The notes beneath the pieces are model-generated. The model was given only the letters and a program-made list of their open reading frames with translations, was not told the DNA's origin and ran no database searches. From a virus (Duplodnaviria; Caudoviricetes), in IMG/VR virus record IMGVR_UViG_3300008262_000105, positions 1,217 through 65,216 of that record: DNA of 64,000 bases; one strand, written 5' to 3'. The translations under genes and the position numbers were made by a program. This document shows, one piece after another, positions 56,901-62,521 of the stretch. How positions within the stretch are numbered: the stretch's first letter is position 1; every line of letters begins with the position of its first letter.

Positions 56901-58968
56901 CAACACTATCACCATTGTTAATCACACCTTTGTTATAATCAAATCTATTATCAATAGTTTCAATTAGTTGAGTTCTTATAAAGAATGGATAATCTATACC
57001 ACCAATAGCTTCAGAAGCACTTACATAAAATTTGTAAGTTTCACCTCTGTATAATGTTATTGTAGGATTTGCACCCACACCATCCCATTGATATGATGAA
57101 CTATTATTGTTTGTAATAGTATAACTTCTTCTATGGTCATTTGGAATTGGTAAAATATTACTTCCAGTTCCATTTGATAAAATATTATAAATTATACTAA
57201 ATGAAGAACTTACTTTATTAAGTACTAATAACGATGATGAAATTCCTGTTTTAAATGGAACTTCACTACCAACGTATATACTAGCACTATTAGATGCTGT
57301 AAGTGCTGGAATAGCCGATACTCCATTTTTTATAATATTAATTATGGTTTCAAATGATTGAGAAACAGAAGATGATAAATAAGATGGTGCACCCAAATCA
57401 TCAACTACTTCATTTGTAATTTTTACACCCAAATCAGCTGATGCTGTAAATTTAAAAGAGCCCGTACCATTAGCGAATATACTTAACAATACACCATAAG
57501 ATGAACTGATTGAATTTAAATCTTCAATAGAAGCAGATAATGATGATGTTAATTGAGAAGCTCCTAAAATATTATATGGAGAATCCGCACCATATCCTTT
57601 ATTAGAACTTTTTGCTAATAATGTAGGAAAATCAGAAGTACCGTTTTCAACAATAGCAGAAATAAGTTTGTAATCAGCTGAAATTTCTTCAGCAGCTGTT
57701 GATGATAATGTTACATTTGATGAAGTAGTATATTGTGGAAACTGCGAAGGTGATGATAAACGAATACCTTCGGCAGTATTTAAAGTTGTTACTTCAGGTA
57801 ATGCATCTAGTCCTCTATTTAATACATCTACAACAACACTCCAGCTAGCTCTAACCGCATCTCTTGCAGATGTATTACCACCACTACCAGAAATAAAACG
57901 AGAACCAGAAGCATACATACCATACAAACCAAATGAAATGTTTGAGTTGTTTAGTGTAGCATGCCCACCATTGTTTACTCTAATAGCATAATATGAGAAG
58001 TTATTAAAGAAAGATACCAGCTGAATAAAACCTCTACCATTTACCAAACACCCCACACCATTTGGAGAAATTTGCGTATAGGCATCCAATACCATTGAAG
58101 CAAGTGGAGAATCTGGATTAATTACATCACCATTAACATAAAGACCTCCACCACCCGGCGGAATTTCTTCATAAAGTTCGGTAAATGAATTCTCTTGGTT
58201 AGAAATTTGCGAGCAGTTTTGAACGTATGGTGAAGTTGTAATAAATGCACCAGGTTGAAAAGCTACCGCAAATCCTTTTTCGGGATTTATTTGGTCTGGA
58301 AATAATCTCAAGCCACCCATAGTAACCTCCGCAATATAACAACCAGAGTTTACATAAAATAGGTCTTCTGTGGGATTCTTAGCGTTAATTTTGGTAATAC
58401 GCAAACCAGCACCCCAAATGGTTGTATTCTTAGGAAGAATCACAGGATTATCCTCTAAATACGTTCCTGCTTGTACCTTAATAACATATCCATTAGATAT
58501 TGAACCAGTATCAAAACCATATCTACCATCATACCCCGGAGATGCTAATGCTGCTGCCCTCTTAATTGTACGAAGTGGGTATTGAATTGTTCTACCATCG
58601 TTTGTATCATCACCATCAGTTGAAGATACATAAAGTGTAGGTTGGTTAGCACCAAAATCTTTGGCAAGAATACCAGCATATCTTTGAGTATCTTCTGCTA
58701 AAATTGTATTAGAAGATGTAATTGATAAAACAGTCTCAGGTGCACCTACTCTTAAATTTCCATCAATTGTTAGCGAACCGCTTAAAAATACAGAAGCTGT
58801 AATTTCACTTTTTGAACCAGTATCATTTCCTAAAAAGAAACTTTTAGAAACAAAAAGAGAACCTGAAATAACAGCATCATTTCCAAGAAATAAATTTTCC
58901 TGAACAGTAAGCGAACCAGTTATATTCTGTTGTTCTTCAATTTGTTTACGAGGTATCAATCTTGCCAT
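44932..58968 (-). CDS. Giant virion structural protein (4678 aa): beta-helix-like N-terminal domain plus 25 CxRD helical repeats
   Basis: YVSSTDGDDTNDG...PLRTIKRAA...IKVQAGTYLE (pectin-lyase-like beta-helix start); 25 repeats with consensus KCxRDVGYIIDAVATDLLYGGNERS; lies in the neck/fibre block. Confidence 0.85.
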   Translation of the reverse strand: MARLIPRKQIEEQQNITGSLTVQENLFLGNDAVISGSLFVSKSFFLGNDTGSKSEITASVFLSGSLTIDGNLRVGAPETVLSITSSNTILAEDTQRYAGILAKDFGANQPTLYVSSTDGDDTNDGRTIQYPLRTIKRAAALASPGYDGRYGFDTGSISNGYVIKVQAGTYLEDNPVILPKNTTIWGAGLRITKINAKNPTEDLFYVNSGCYIAEVTMGGLRLFPDQINPEKGFAVAFQPGAFITTSPYVQNCSQISNQENSFTELYEEIPPGGGGLYVNGDVINPDSPLASMVLDAYTQISPNGVGCLVNGRGFIQLVSFFNNFSYYAIRVNNGGHATLNNSNISFGLYGMYASGSRFISGSGGNTSARDAVRASWSVVVDVLNRGLDALPEVTTLNTAEGIRLSSPSQFPQYTTSSNVTLSSTAAEEISADYKLISAIVENGTSDFPTLLAKSSNKGYGADSPYNILGASQLTSSLSASIEDLNSISSSYGVLLSIFANGTGSFKFTASADLGVKITNEVVDDLGAPSYLSSSVSQSFETIINIIKNGVSAIPALTASNSASIYVGSEVPFKTGISSSLLVLNKVSSSFSIIYNILSNGTGSNILPIPNDHRRSYTITNNNSSSYQWDGVGANPTITLYRGETYKFYVSASEAIGGIDYPFFIRTQLIETIDNRFDYNKGVINNGDSVGNITFAVPYDAPNTLYYTSQINNTLSGKFNIINNSETPFDLIKNTVTFPKTISGSLEPTQNVDILNAYEILTGSKSFIQEEVINYVSSSWSNIYYDEITCRRDVGHLINAVCQDLLYGGNNNSITAGRFYYEYPSEATTTQKEPTKTAVKYAAGLAENLVKNITFTKIDDNPYLQEKYNVAENLKINKPFIQNETIAFLSSSWSNFLYNETKCKRDVGYIVDAVITDLKYGGNERAREAGRFYYLYPSLAIVEGDGDSEGQLGQTLDGMRYAAGVSVNLVKNKTFNEPSASTQSAYNLLRQNKSIIQNETIQYVNVAFPQLKYNQDKCRRDVGYILDAVSTDLLYGGNERSVIAGRYYYDYPSVATSIQKRETIAGIRYAKIIGDFIVQNIILETPRIVNNDEKNIKVSSFENITSSFSGTTTQQNSISSSFAIIEGIVKRGISAIPSILALNTGLNWNSGNPLNVTTGSQITSSYVTPNEINTIDRNFNIVSNIIDNGIGAEPVFTSSISGLKKITNIEQIFGAAVSADLTSSISSSFGYVVRIVSGGLSQTSSLLIPNTSESIKVTSTPQWLSSNVGTNTQTASISSSFGLVINVITNGTSVLPTLVQNTAANIKVTNANQYISASHAASGSDITFISSSISKVTQIIETGNVDLFAKQLYTSSINTYNTKAAYEILKNNISFIQDETIAYLSSSWSTASYNEAKCRRDVGLIISGAAEDLIWNANSASIVNGQFYYEYPSQAQYAQLNQTLDGINYASRLAQKLIQNISFSLPSTAVSASNALLVNNKEFIQNETIAYLSSSWGSFEYNESTCKRDVGYVIDAVRTDLVYGGNERSRLAGLYYFLYPSEATGSQLLQTTDGLKYASRLAQKIVSGSIFQSANSDKLEASNLLRKNKALIAAEVVEYVSSSWSGVQYDEVKCKRDVGYIIDAVRTDLVYGGNERTTIAGEFYYLYPSAATIGGEPSTTQQLDPTTTGIEYANALSQQIILGNVLSKPSDSVLAARKLVKDNRTLIQQNTLDYINDTYPSLNYIQSKCFRDVGFIIDGVLTDLVYGGNERSITSGRFYYKYPSLATTDQNTETLDGVNFAKDLSKLIAIGGKSVEDGFDIVAKIIESGSSVAPTLVTNTENGIKKTNELQFKISNSANTSDKLIVSSSFGNVINIIDKGLSAIPTLVSSSAKGVARIAGSQITSSNSVDVQQIEKVSSSFAIVLDIVENGTGSLPNIVLNTNDNVKTTLTSQYITSSFAGTQNEANIISSSFGLVMGILASTNTASLLSTLNLSTSSYTSATSASNSFYAYNLLKQNIGFIQDETISYLSSSWSTASYNEAKCRRDVGLIISGAAEDLLFNSFSSSVVNGKFYLEYPSQAQGAQLNQTLDGIRYASGLVQKIVQNTIFQTASLSNQTAYNLLLDNKYWIQNQTIAKINSDLSLQSYNEETCKRDVGYIIDAIATDILYGGNQRSVEAGKFYYLYPSQATGSQLEQTLEGIDYARILADSVVKNTYVYTQYTASIFVQPTDYLKVNTGFDIVIDIISNGTGSIPTIVNNAKGLVKRSNQTQFVSTASISETYKNVANSSFDIILDIVENGTGSLPTLIKNTTNVVKITNSNQYSSSAILSSSYFGNPLNSVSASFDKIINILENGTGSLPTLVLNTNQNIKVTGTPQYISGSSATTTESNLISASISIVTNVIANGTNSTLSTLSLPTSSYATAVSNDNRWIAYGILKNNISFIQDETIAYLSSSWSTASYDEAKCRRDVGLIISGAAEDLVFNSNSASVVNGKFYYEYPSQAQGAQLNQTLDGIFYASQLAQKVIRNVVFNLPTSQSNVAYDLLKYNKEFIQNEVIEYISSSWSTKQYNQNTCKRDVGYILDSVATDIKWGGNERSIKSGIYYYLYPSAATGSQLKETVTGIKYAKNLADRLLRNQQFIKVSQNKLQTKELIAQNKNFIANEVIAYVSASWNGFYYNEETCKRDVGYILDAVATDIVYGGNERSIEAGKYYYIEPSTATSTQLGPTLSGITYAKNIVQEVLNNKVFASSSLSKQTAFELLRNNKELIQTETIGFLNSAWSFFEYSESKCRRDIGYILDAVATDILYGGNEASARAGEYYYLYPSLATVEGDGNESGQKDQTLDGIKFAKGISVKIANNELLQKPTISEIATHELLNKNKKFIQKETIAFLSSSWVGINNFQFNEASCSRDVAYIIDNVATDLVYGGNERSSKAGQYYYLYPSAAVYTGSVSPTSTEQKGPTLDGVGFAAGISQKVISNQILIKPTEYVQSAYSLMVYNREFIQNETIQFIDAFYPYLVYNREKCRRDVGYIVNNVATDLWYGGNQRSIIAGDYYYRYPSKATKTEQVKETVAGVDYAKALSKKIVQNIKLSAPTVKSNIDGNIKIGTINQYTSSINAGISEINFVSSSVSIVTKVIENGLATLPTFVGNGVNAIKVTHEPIVSSSVSASSVEVGITTASFELIKDIIYNGSASLPDALANNFNYGFELSTPTLLHISSYNQILGSGSYNSQTSSLSSSFATVINIINGGTGSIPAIVTNTSASIKTTSVTQILPLVSGSEYQKGRISNLFGNVLNIVENGVSVIPTPILNTSASFKVTNTNQIRLVDGVNRDLQSKLVSSSFGVVIDVLLNSGTSSISYVGPQATSNTNTKITSSYNLLINNTDLIVNETIAYMSSSWSSFYYDEAKCRRDVGLIVSGAAFDLLYGGNSASLTNGKFYYDYPSQATTTQLDQTITALKFASGVAQKAIKSTLMYHISESAWYSQATSASYTSLLANKGFIQSESIAYVSSSWQDFLYNEASCSRDIGYIIDAVATDLLYGGNERSIVAGRYYYDYPSQATDSQLEPTLTGVRYAKGLAMRVISGSLLTAPDAATQYAYNLLKSNKVFLQEETIGFVNAKWQDLDYIESKCRRDTGYIIDAVATDLLYGGNEKSAKAGEFYYLYPSLAITSAQKSETVQAVDYARRFAQSVVNSISIAEPQPILNTSNNIKVTATTQYTSSNASSAYEVNRVSSSFAVVTNIVENGLGVIPTLVANTSESIKFTNTSQYLSSSFGTDYEASLISSSISIVTNIIANGIGVAGSPVNYSSPSTASNVWYAYNLLKENIGFIQNETIAYISSSWSTASYDESKCKRDVGLIISGAAEDMLFGVDSASIVNGKFYFESASQATTSQLNFTLDGIFFASKMAQKVLQNVQYQTASLERTNAWTLLNQNKPFIQNETIAYISSSWVTGSNTTSSFVYDESKCKRDVGYILDAVATDIYYGGNERTITAGKYYFLYPSSATGSQLDETLDGIRYAGQLAQKVIVNTLFVTASAHASASHALMKQNKPFIQAEVLSYITSSWNEFTYSLDRCKRDVGYIIDAVATDILYGGNERSAKAGTYYYIYSSLATGSQKEQTVNAINFAKDVAVNIIKNTTFTTASQSVSASVELLRNNRQFIQEETLQYLTASWSTFNYNQEKCRRDVGYIIDGVVTDLLYGGTERTYMSAEFYYKYPSKATLLGDGDGDGQLKQTVEGINYASRVAQKVIQNILFVTASQQVSASFDLLRKNKPFIAAETIAYVSSSWSGVYYNQASCSRDVGYLIDAAATDLLYGGTERSVTAGSYYFAFPSKATKAGVPSEANQLDPTITGVRWAGRLSSKVVLNPKFEQPSASLVSTVDLLKFNKTLIQKETITFLSSSWSTLQYNETSCSRDLGFIIDAIRTDLVYGGNERSIEAGSYYYRIPSVAIYESYTDNGTIGQKKQTVDGINFARGISEKLVTNTQLTYLAPSTKRRQAAVRLLSGKEELKQRAIGYTNGAFPYLVYNEASCSRDTGLIVDACATDLLYGGNERAIAAASSYYNGQFGNADEVIFKQRLETLETNRYLRTRAEFITAGAPLEEFGSLIVATGIDYSYNGAGVTFKALPPNQGGSGVANPIYEITELGGGRIFFTSGNQDGDFRIGTGLSINQATGTLVGRTFSKSLFSLVTPFSLALQI
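45250..56720 (-). repeat. 25 dispersed ~100-aa CxRD repeats, interleaved with ~45-aa ISSSF..II.NG..LPTLV.NT spacer repeats
   Basis: Counted by hand in the translation; Cys, Arg and Asp are present in all 25. Confidence 0.9.
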
Positions 58969-59351
58969 TATACTACTTCTGCTATTTTACCTTTGATTTC
59001 AAAATCTGATACCTTAACTTCATTTGGAAGTCTTGTAATATCAGCTATAAAAGTAACAATTATATTATTTTCAACTACTTCAACAGAATATCTATCTTGT
59101 GGTTGTTTTACTCCAAATAAATATATATCAATGTAATCTTTAACATTATCTATCTCTAATAAATCTACAATAAATCTCTTATTAATCAATGTTAATGTAA
59201 AATATATTTCTTCATTTACTGAAATAGTATCAGGTTTATATGAATATATAAAAGTATCGGTATTGACTTTAATTACAAAATCTTTAAACCCAAGTCTATC
59301 TCTCAACTTTTGCGTAGTATCAATGTTTATATTTGGAACTTTTCTTCTCAT
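58968..59351 (-). CDS. Hypothetical neck-region protein (127 aa)
   Basis: Overlaps both neighbours (translational coupling); shares the IYxxG...EIKGK domain pattern with the two upstream genes. Confidence 0.75.
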   Translation of the reverse strand: MRRKVPNINIDTTQKLRDRLGFKDFVIKVNTDTFIYSYKPDTISVNEEIYFTLTLINKRFIVDLLEIDNVKDYIDIYLFGVKQPQDRYSVEVVENNIIVTFIADITRLPNEVKVSDFEIKGKIAEVV

Positions 59352-59704
59352 TTAATATTTTCTAAATCTCCATTTATTTTTATTTCATCTGTATCATCCA
59401 ATTTATATGGATTTCCAAAACGGTCAAAAGGTGGAAAATTAATTTTTTTAAAATTTATATAAAAATCATTTTCTATTTGCTCTTGAACGTAATCATTTTC
59501 AGATATAAATAATCCATTTATAAAAACATCAAATCTTGCGGAAGGTTTTCTATATTCTTCTAATTCCGAAAAAAGTGTTTTTATTCTAACGTTTTCTGCT
59601 TTAAAAATCCAATAATTGGGATTGTTTAAATCGTGAGAAAATAATTCAAACTCATTTGGTTCGTTTATTTCCTTCATAATATTTTTTAACTGTCTAATAT
59701 TCAT
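59348..59704 (-). CDS. Hypothetical neck-region protein (118 aa)
   Basis: ATGA overlap with the downstream gene; FDVFINGLFI...DEIKING. Confidence 0.75.
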   Translation of the reverse strand: MNIRQLKNIMKEINEPNEFELFSHDLNNPNYWIFKAENVRIKTLFSELEEYRKPSARFDVFINGLFISENDYVQEQIENDFYINFKKINFPPFDRFGNPYKLDDTDEIKINGDLENIK

Positions 59705-59705
59705 A

Positions 59706-60767
59706 TTATAATTCTTGGAATTTTCCAGTTATACCAACCTCATCGTTTGCTTCTATTGCAAATCCCAATCCGCTAAAAGTAAAAAGTATTTCGTTTGTAG
59801 CACCATTATATGAATATGTGTATAAAGATGGTGAAATAAAATCTCCATTTATATAAATTCTAAACCAATTAGCTGTATCAAAAACTCCAATTAATTCCGA
59901 AGGTAGTATTGGTTTTTTTACATTTATTAATTTCACTGTTGTTGAATTAACAAATATTGCCATTTGTGAACCTCTAACAGCAATAAAATCAATAACCTGT
60001 GCATATTCATTATAAAGAGATGGATTTACAAAAAGATTGCCTGTTAAATCGGTTTCCACACCAAAAACAATTCTTTTTGGAGTTCTTGTTTTTTTAATTA
60101 CCGGCTTTTCATTATAAGTTTCTGGAAGTAGATATGCATTAGCTACCATAGTAAAAGTTGTTCTAATTATTCTTTCACTACCAGAACCAACTTCTTGCTG
60201 ATTATCAAATGAATCTATTTTTACTTTGAATTTGTAGCCATCCTCTTTACCCCAATATCTATCAGTTGCAAATTGAAATGCTTCAACTATTTTATTCATA
60301 TGTTCAGTATATGAAGTCCAAATCATTACTTCATAAGTTACAGTTACATAATCGGGTACATTTACACTATACAAATCATAAGATGGTGATGCGTTGTTTT
60401 GCAAACTAAATCTTTCATATCTATTTTTTGGAGAATATTTTTTAAAAGTTGTTATTTTATTTACTTCTTTAAAATTTGCCATTAAATCGTTTCTCTCAAT
60501 AGAATTTCTTTTAAACATTATTAAAGGTATTTGTATTCTACCTCTAGAATCTCTTAAATACCCATCTTTTCTAGCACTATTCCACCTTTCCGCATTACCA
60601 TATAATAGTGGTACTTTTATTTTAGTACTATTTTCTTCAACTTCAGGTATTATTACAGATGTCATATATTCTGCAATAGTAGTATCTATATCAATAAGTT
60701 TTACACCTTTGATATATTCTTTTTCTACTGAAATTTGATTGGCTCTATTTGTTTCTTTCTTATCCAT
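59706..60767 (-). CDS. Tail terminator / sheath stabiliser (T4 gp15-like) with a C-terminal extension
   Basis: IKVPLLYGNAERW...RIQIPLIMF...VPDYVTVTYEVMIWT..EHMNKIVE; third gene after the capsid gene. Confidence 0.75.
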   Translation of the reverse strand: MDKKETNRANQISVEKEYIKGVKLIDIDTTIAEYMTSVIIPEVEENSTKIKVPLLYGNAERWNSARKDGYLRDSRGRIQIPLIMFKRNSIERNDLMANFKEVNKITTFKKYSPKNRYERFSLQNNASPSYDLYSVNVPDYVTVTYEVMIWTSYTEHMNKIVEAFQFATDRYWGKEDGYKFKVKIDSFDNQQEVGSGSERIIRTTFTMVANAYLLPETYNEKPVIKKTRTPKRIVFGVETDLTGNLFVNPSLYNEYAQVIDFIAVRGSQMAIFVNSTTVKLINVKKPILPSELIGVFDTANWFRIYINGDFISPSLYTYSYNGATNEILFTFSGLGFAIEANDEVGITGKFQEL

Positions 60768-61228
60768 TATATTACTCTCATTTCAGTTTGAATATTACTT
60801 CTTCTAGTCATAAAGGTAGAACATATAACAGAGAATCTTTCATCTTCACCAACTCTACCACCAACTAAAAAATCTTCAGTTACATTATCAATTTCAAAAT
60901 ACCCATCGTTATGAAAAATAATATCACCAACTTCTGGATAAAAATCTTTTTCTTTTAACGTAAATCTATTAAATCTAAATTGTACGTTTTGATTTGCATC
61001 AGAACCAAATCCTTCATAATTTGCTGTTGTTTCATCTCTTTGAATTATTGCTGTACATTCAACTCCTTGATAATATGTTTTACTAAGAGACTCTCCATAA
61101 AGATTTGTTTTTGAATCTTCAATGACAAGTTTATATAGAACTACTGCAGTTTCTATAACAGCATCTACTAATTCCTTAGATATTCCTTCAAAGAATTTTA
61201 TATCTCTTGCTAATGCAAATCTTGCCAT
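60767..61228 (-). CDS. Head closure / neck protein (T4 gp14-like)
   Basis: NLYGESLSKTY...PEVGDIIF...YFEIDNV; synteny. Confidence 0.75.
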   Translation of the reverse strand: MARFALARDIKFFEGISKELVDAVIETAVVLYKLVIEDSKTNLYGESLSKTYYQGVECTAIIQRDETTANYEGFGSDANQNVQFRFNRFTLKEKDFYPEVGDIIFHNDGYFEIDNVTEDFLVGGRVGEDERFSVICSTFMTRRSNIQTEMRVI

Positions 61229-61232
61229 AATA

Positions 61233-62399
61233 TTAACCTATATAAATTGGAAGTGGAACTTTTCGTAACATTTCTTGATGAGCATTTGTTTCTGTGTTTC
61301 TATTCTCAAATTGTTTAGTTCTACTTAGTTCTTCCAAAGTTTCTCTTAATTGTGTCATCAAAGCTTCCTTTTCAGTTTGTGCTTCACTTCGTAATGCCGC
61401 ACCATCTAAACTGATTTCTGAGCCCGGAATTGGGATATTAGAATATTTTTCTCTAACTGCTCCCAATAATTCTTTAACTAATGCTAAAGTATATTTTCTA
61501 ATCCACTGTTTACCAACATCATTAATTCCACCATATTCCATAAAATCATAAGGAATATCTGAATAATCAGAAATTACATTTGGTGTTATATTTGTAGAAT
61601 TTTCTGTAAATTCATCTTTTACAAAATAATCAAAATATAATTTTCCGTAAAGATTAATATGTTGTGAAGTTGGTTTTGGAAATACTCGGATTTTGCCATT
61701 TACAATATTAAAAGTAAATGCCGATTTTCTGAATTGGTCATTAAATTCAATTGCCTGAATTCTTAACATATCTTCAAATATTGGCATTAACACAAATTGT
61801 GCTGCCGGTGAGAATGAACCAAATCCAAATTCATCAATTAAGTTTAAAGTACCTTGTCCACTTACTGAATAAGGGTCAAAAAATCTATTGATTGCAGGAA
61901 CTGGTTCGTGGAATACTTTTACAATTTCAATACGTTTTCCACTTTCAGAAACTGCTGCCCATAGAGTATCTAAATTATATTCCTGTTGACCAGGTACTAA
62001 TTCAATGTATCCTTTTTTAATATCAGTATTTCCACCAACACCTGCTAAAGTTCCATATGCATCGGAAATAGAAATAAGTGTTGGGAGATTTGAACCCTGA
62101 ACTAATTTGTTTGATAAATTAGTATTTTTTAGTTTACCTCTAACTGTATCTAAATTATTTCTAATATTAAATTGGTTTACTTGTGCACCATATTCAGATA
62201 CGGATTCTTCAAAGCAAGCGTAGAAATTCTCATCAATTAATTCTATATTTTGAATAGGATACCCCAATCTCCTAGCACACCAAAGTGCAACTTTAGGAGC
62301 ATCTGTTTGAAATTCGTTATCACTATCATATATTCCAAAAGGTGTTTGTCCTGCAGAAAATGATGATGAGCCAGGATATATTAGTGTTTCTAATGCCAT
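61233..62399 (-). CDS. Neck / head-tail adaptor protein (T4 gp13-like)
   Basis: WCARRLGYPIQNIEL...WIRKYTLALVKELLGAVREKYSNIPIPGSEISLDGAALRSEA. Confidence 0.85.
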   Translation of the reverse strand: MALETLIYPGSSSFSAGQTPFGIYDSDNEFQTDAPKVALWCARRLGYPIQNIELIDENFYACFEESVSEYGAQVNQFNIRNNLDTVRGKLKNTNLSNKLVQGSNLPTLISISDAYGTLAGVGGNTDIKKGYIELVPGQQEYNLDTLWAAVSESGKRIEIVKVFHEPVPAINRFFDPYSVSGQGTLNLIDEFGFGSFSPAAQFVLMPIFEDMLRIQAIEFNDQFRKSAFTFNIVNGKIRVFPKPTSQHINLYGKLYFDYFVKDEFTENSTNITPNVISDYSDIPYDFMEYGGINDVGKQWIRKYTLALVKELLGAVREKYSNIPIPGSEISLDGAALRSEAQTEKEALMTQLRETLEELSRTKQFENRNTETNAHQEMLRKVPLPIYIG

Positions 62400-62423
62400 T
62401 ATAAGTAATTATTTTACGTTACC

Positions 62424-62432
62424 TATAAATAT
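62424..62432 (-). promoter_or_regulatory. Conserved upstream motif ATATTTATA (putative late promoter)
   Basis: About 25 nt upstream of the ATG at 62399, just downstream of the capsid-gene terminator. Confidence 0.6.
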
Positions 62433-62457
62433 TAATTTATTGGAAAGGGGTAAAAAT

Positions 62458-62490
62458 AAAAAAGGGAGTGATTTCTCACCCCCTTTTTAT
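62458..62490 (-). terminator. Intrinsic terminator after the major capsid gene
   Basis: Minus strand reads GGGGGTGA-GAAA-TCACTCCC-TTTTTT (GNRA tetraloop plus U tract). Confidence 0.88.
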
Positions 62491-62521
62491 TATTGAACCA
62501 TTACGTTAGATTCGGTAAAGA

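Noticed and set aside
739-62432. Plus-strand TATAAATA read as true T4 late promoters driving plus-strand genes
   Set aside because: No credible plus-strand genes follow them, and their spacing is fixed relative to minus-strand start codons. Antisense transcription cannot be excluded without data.
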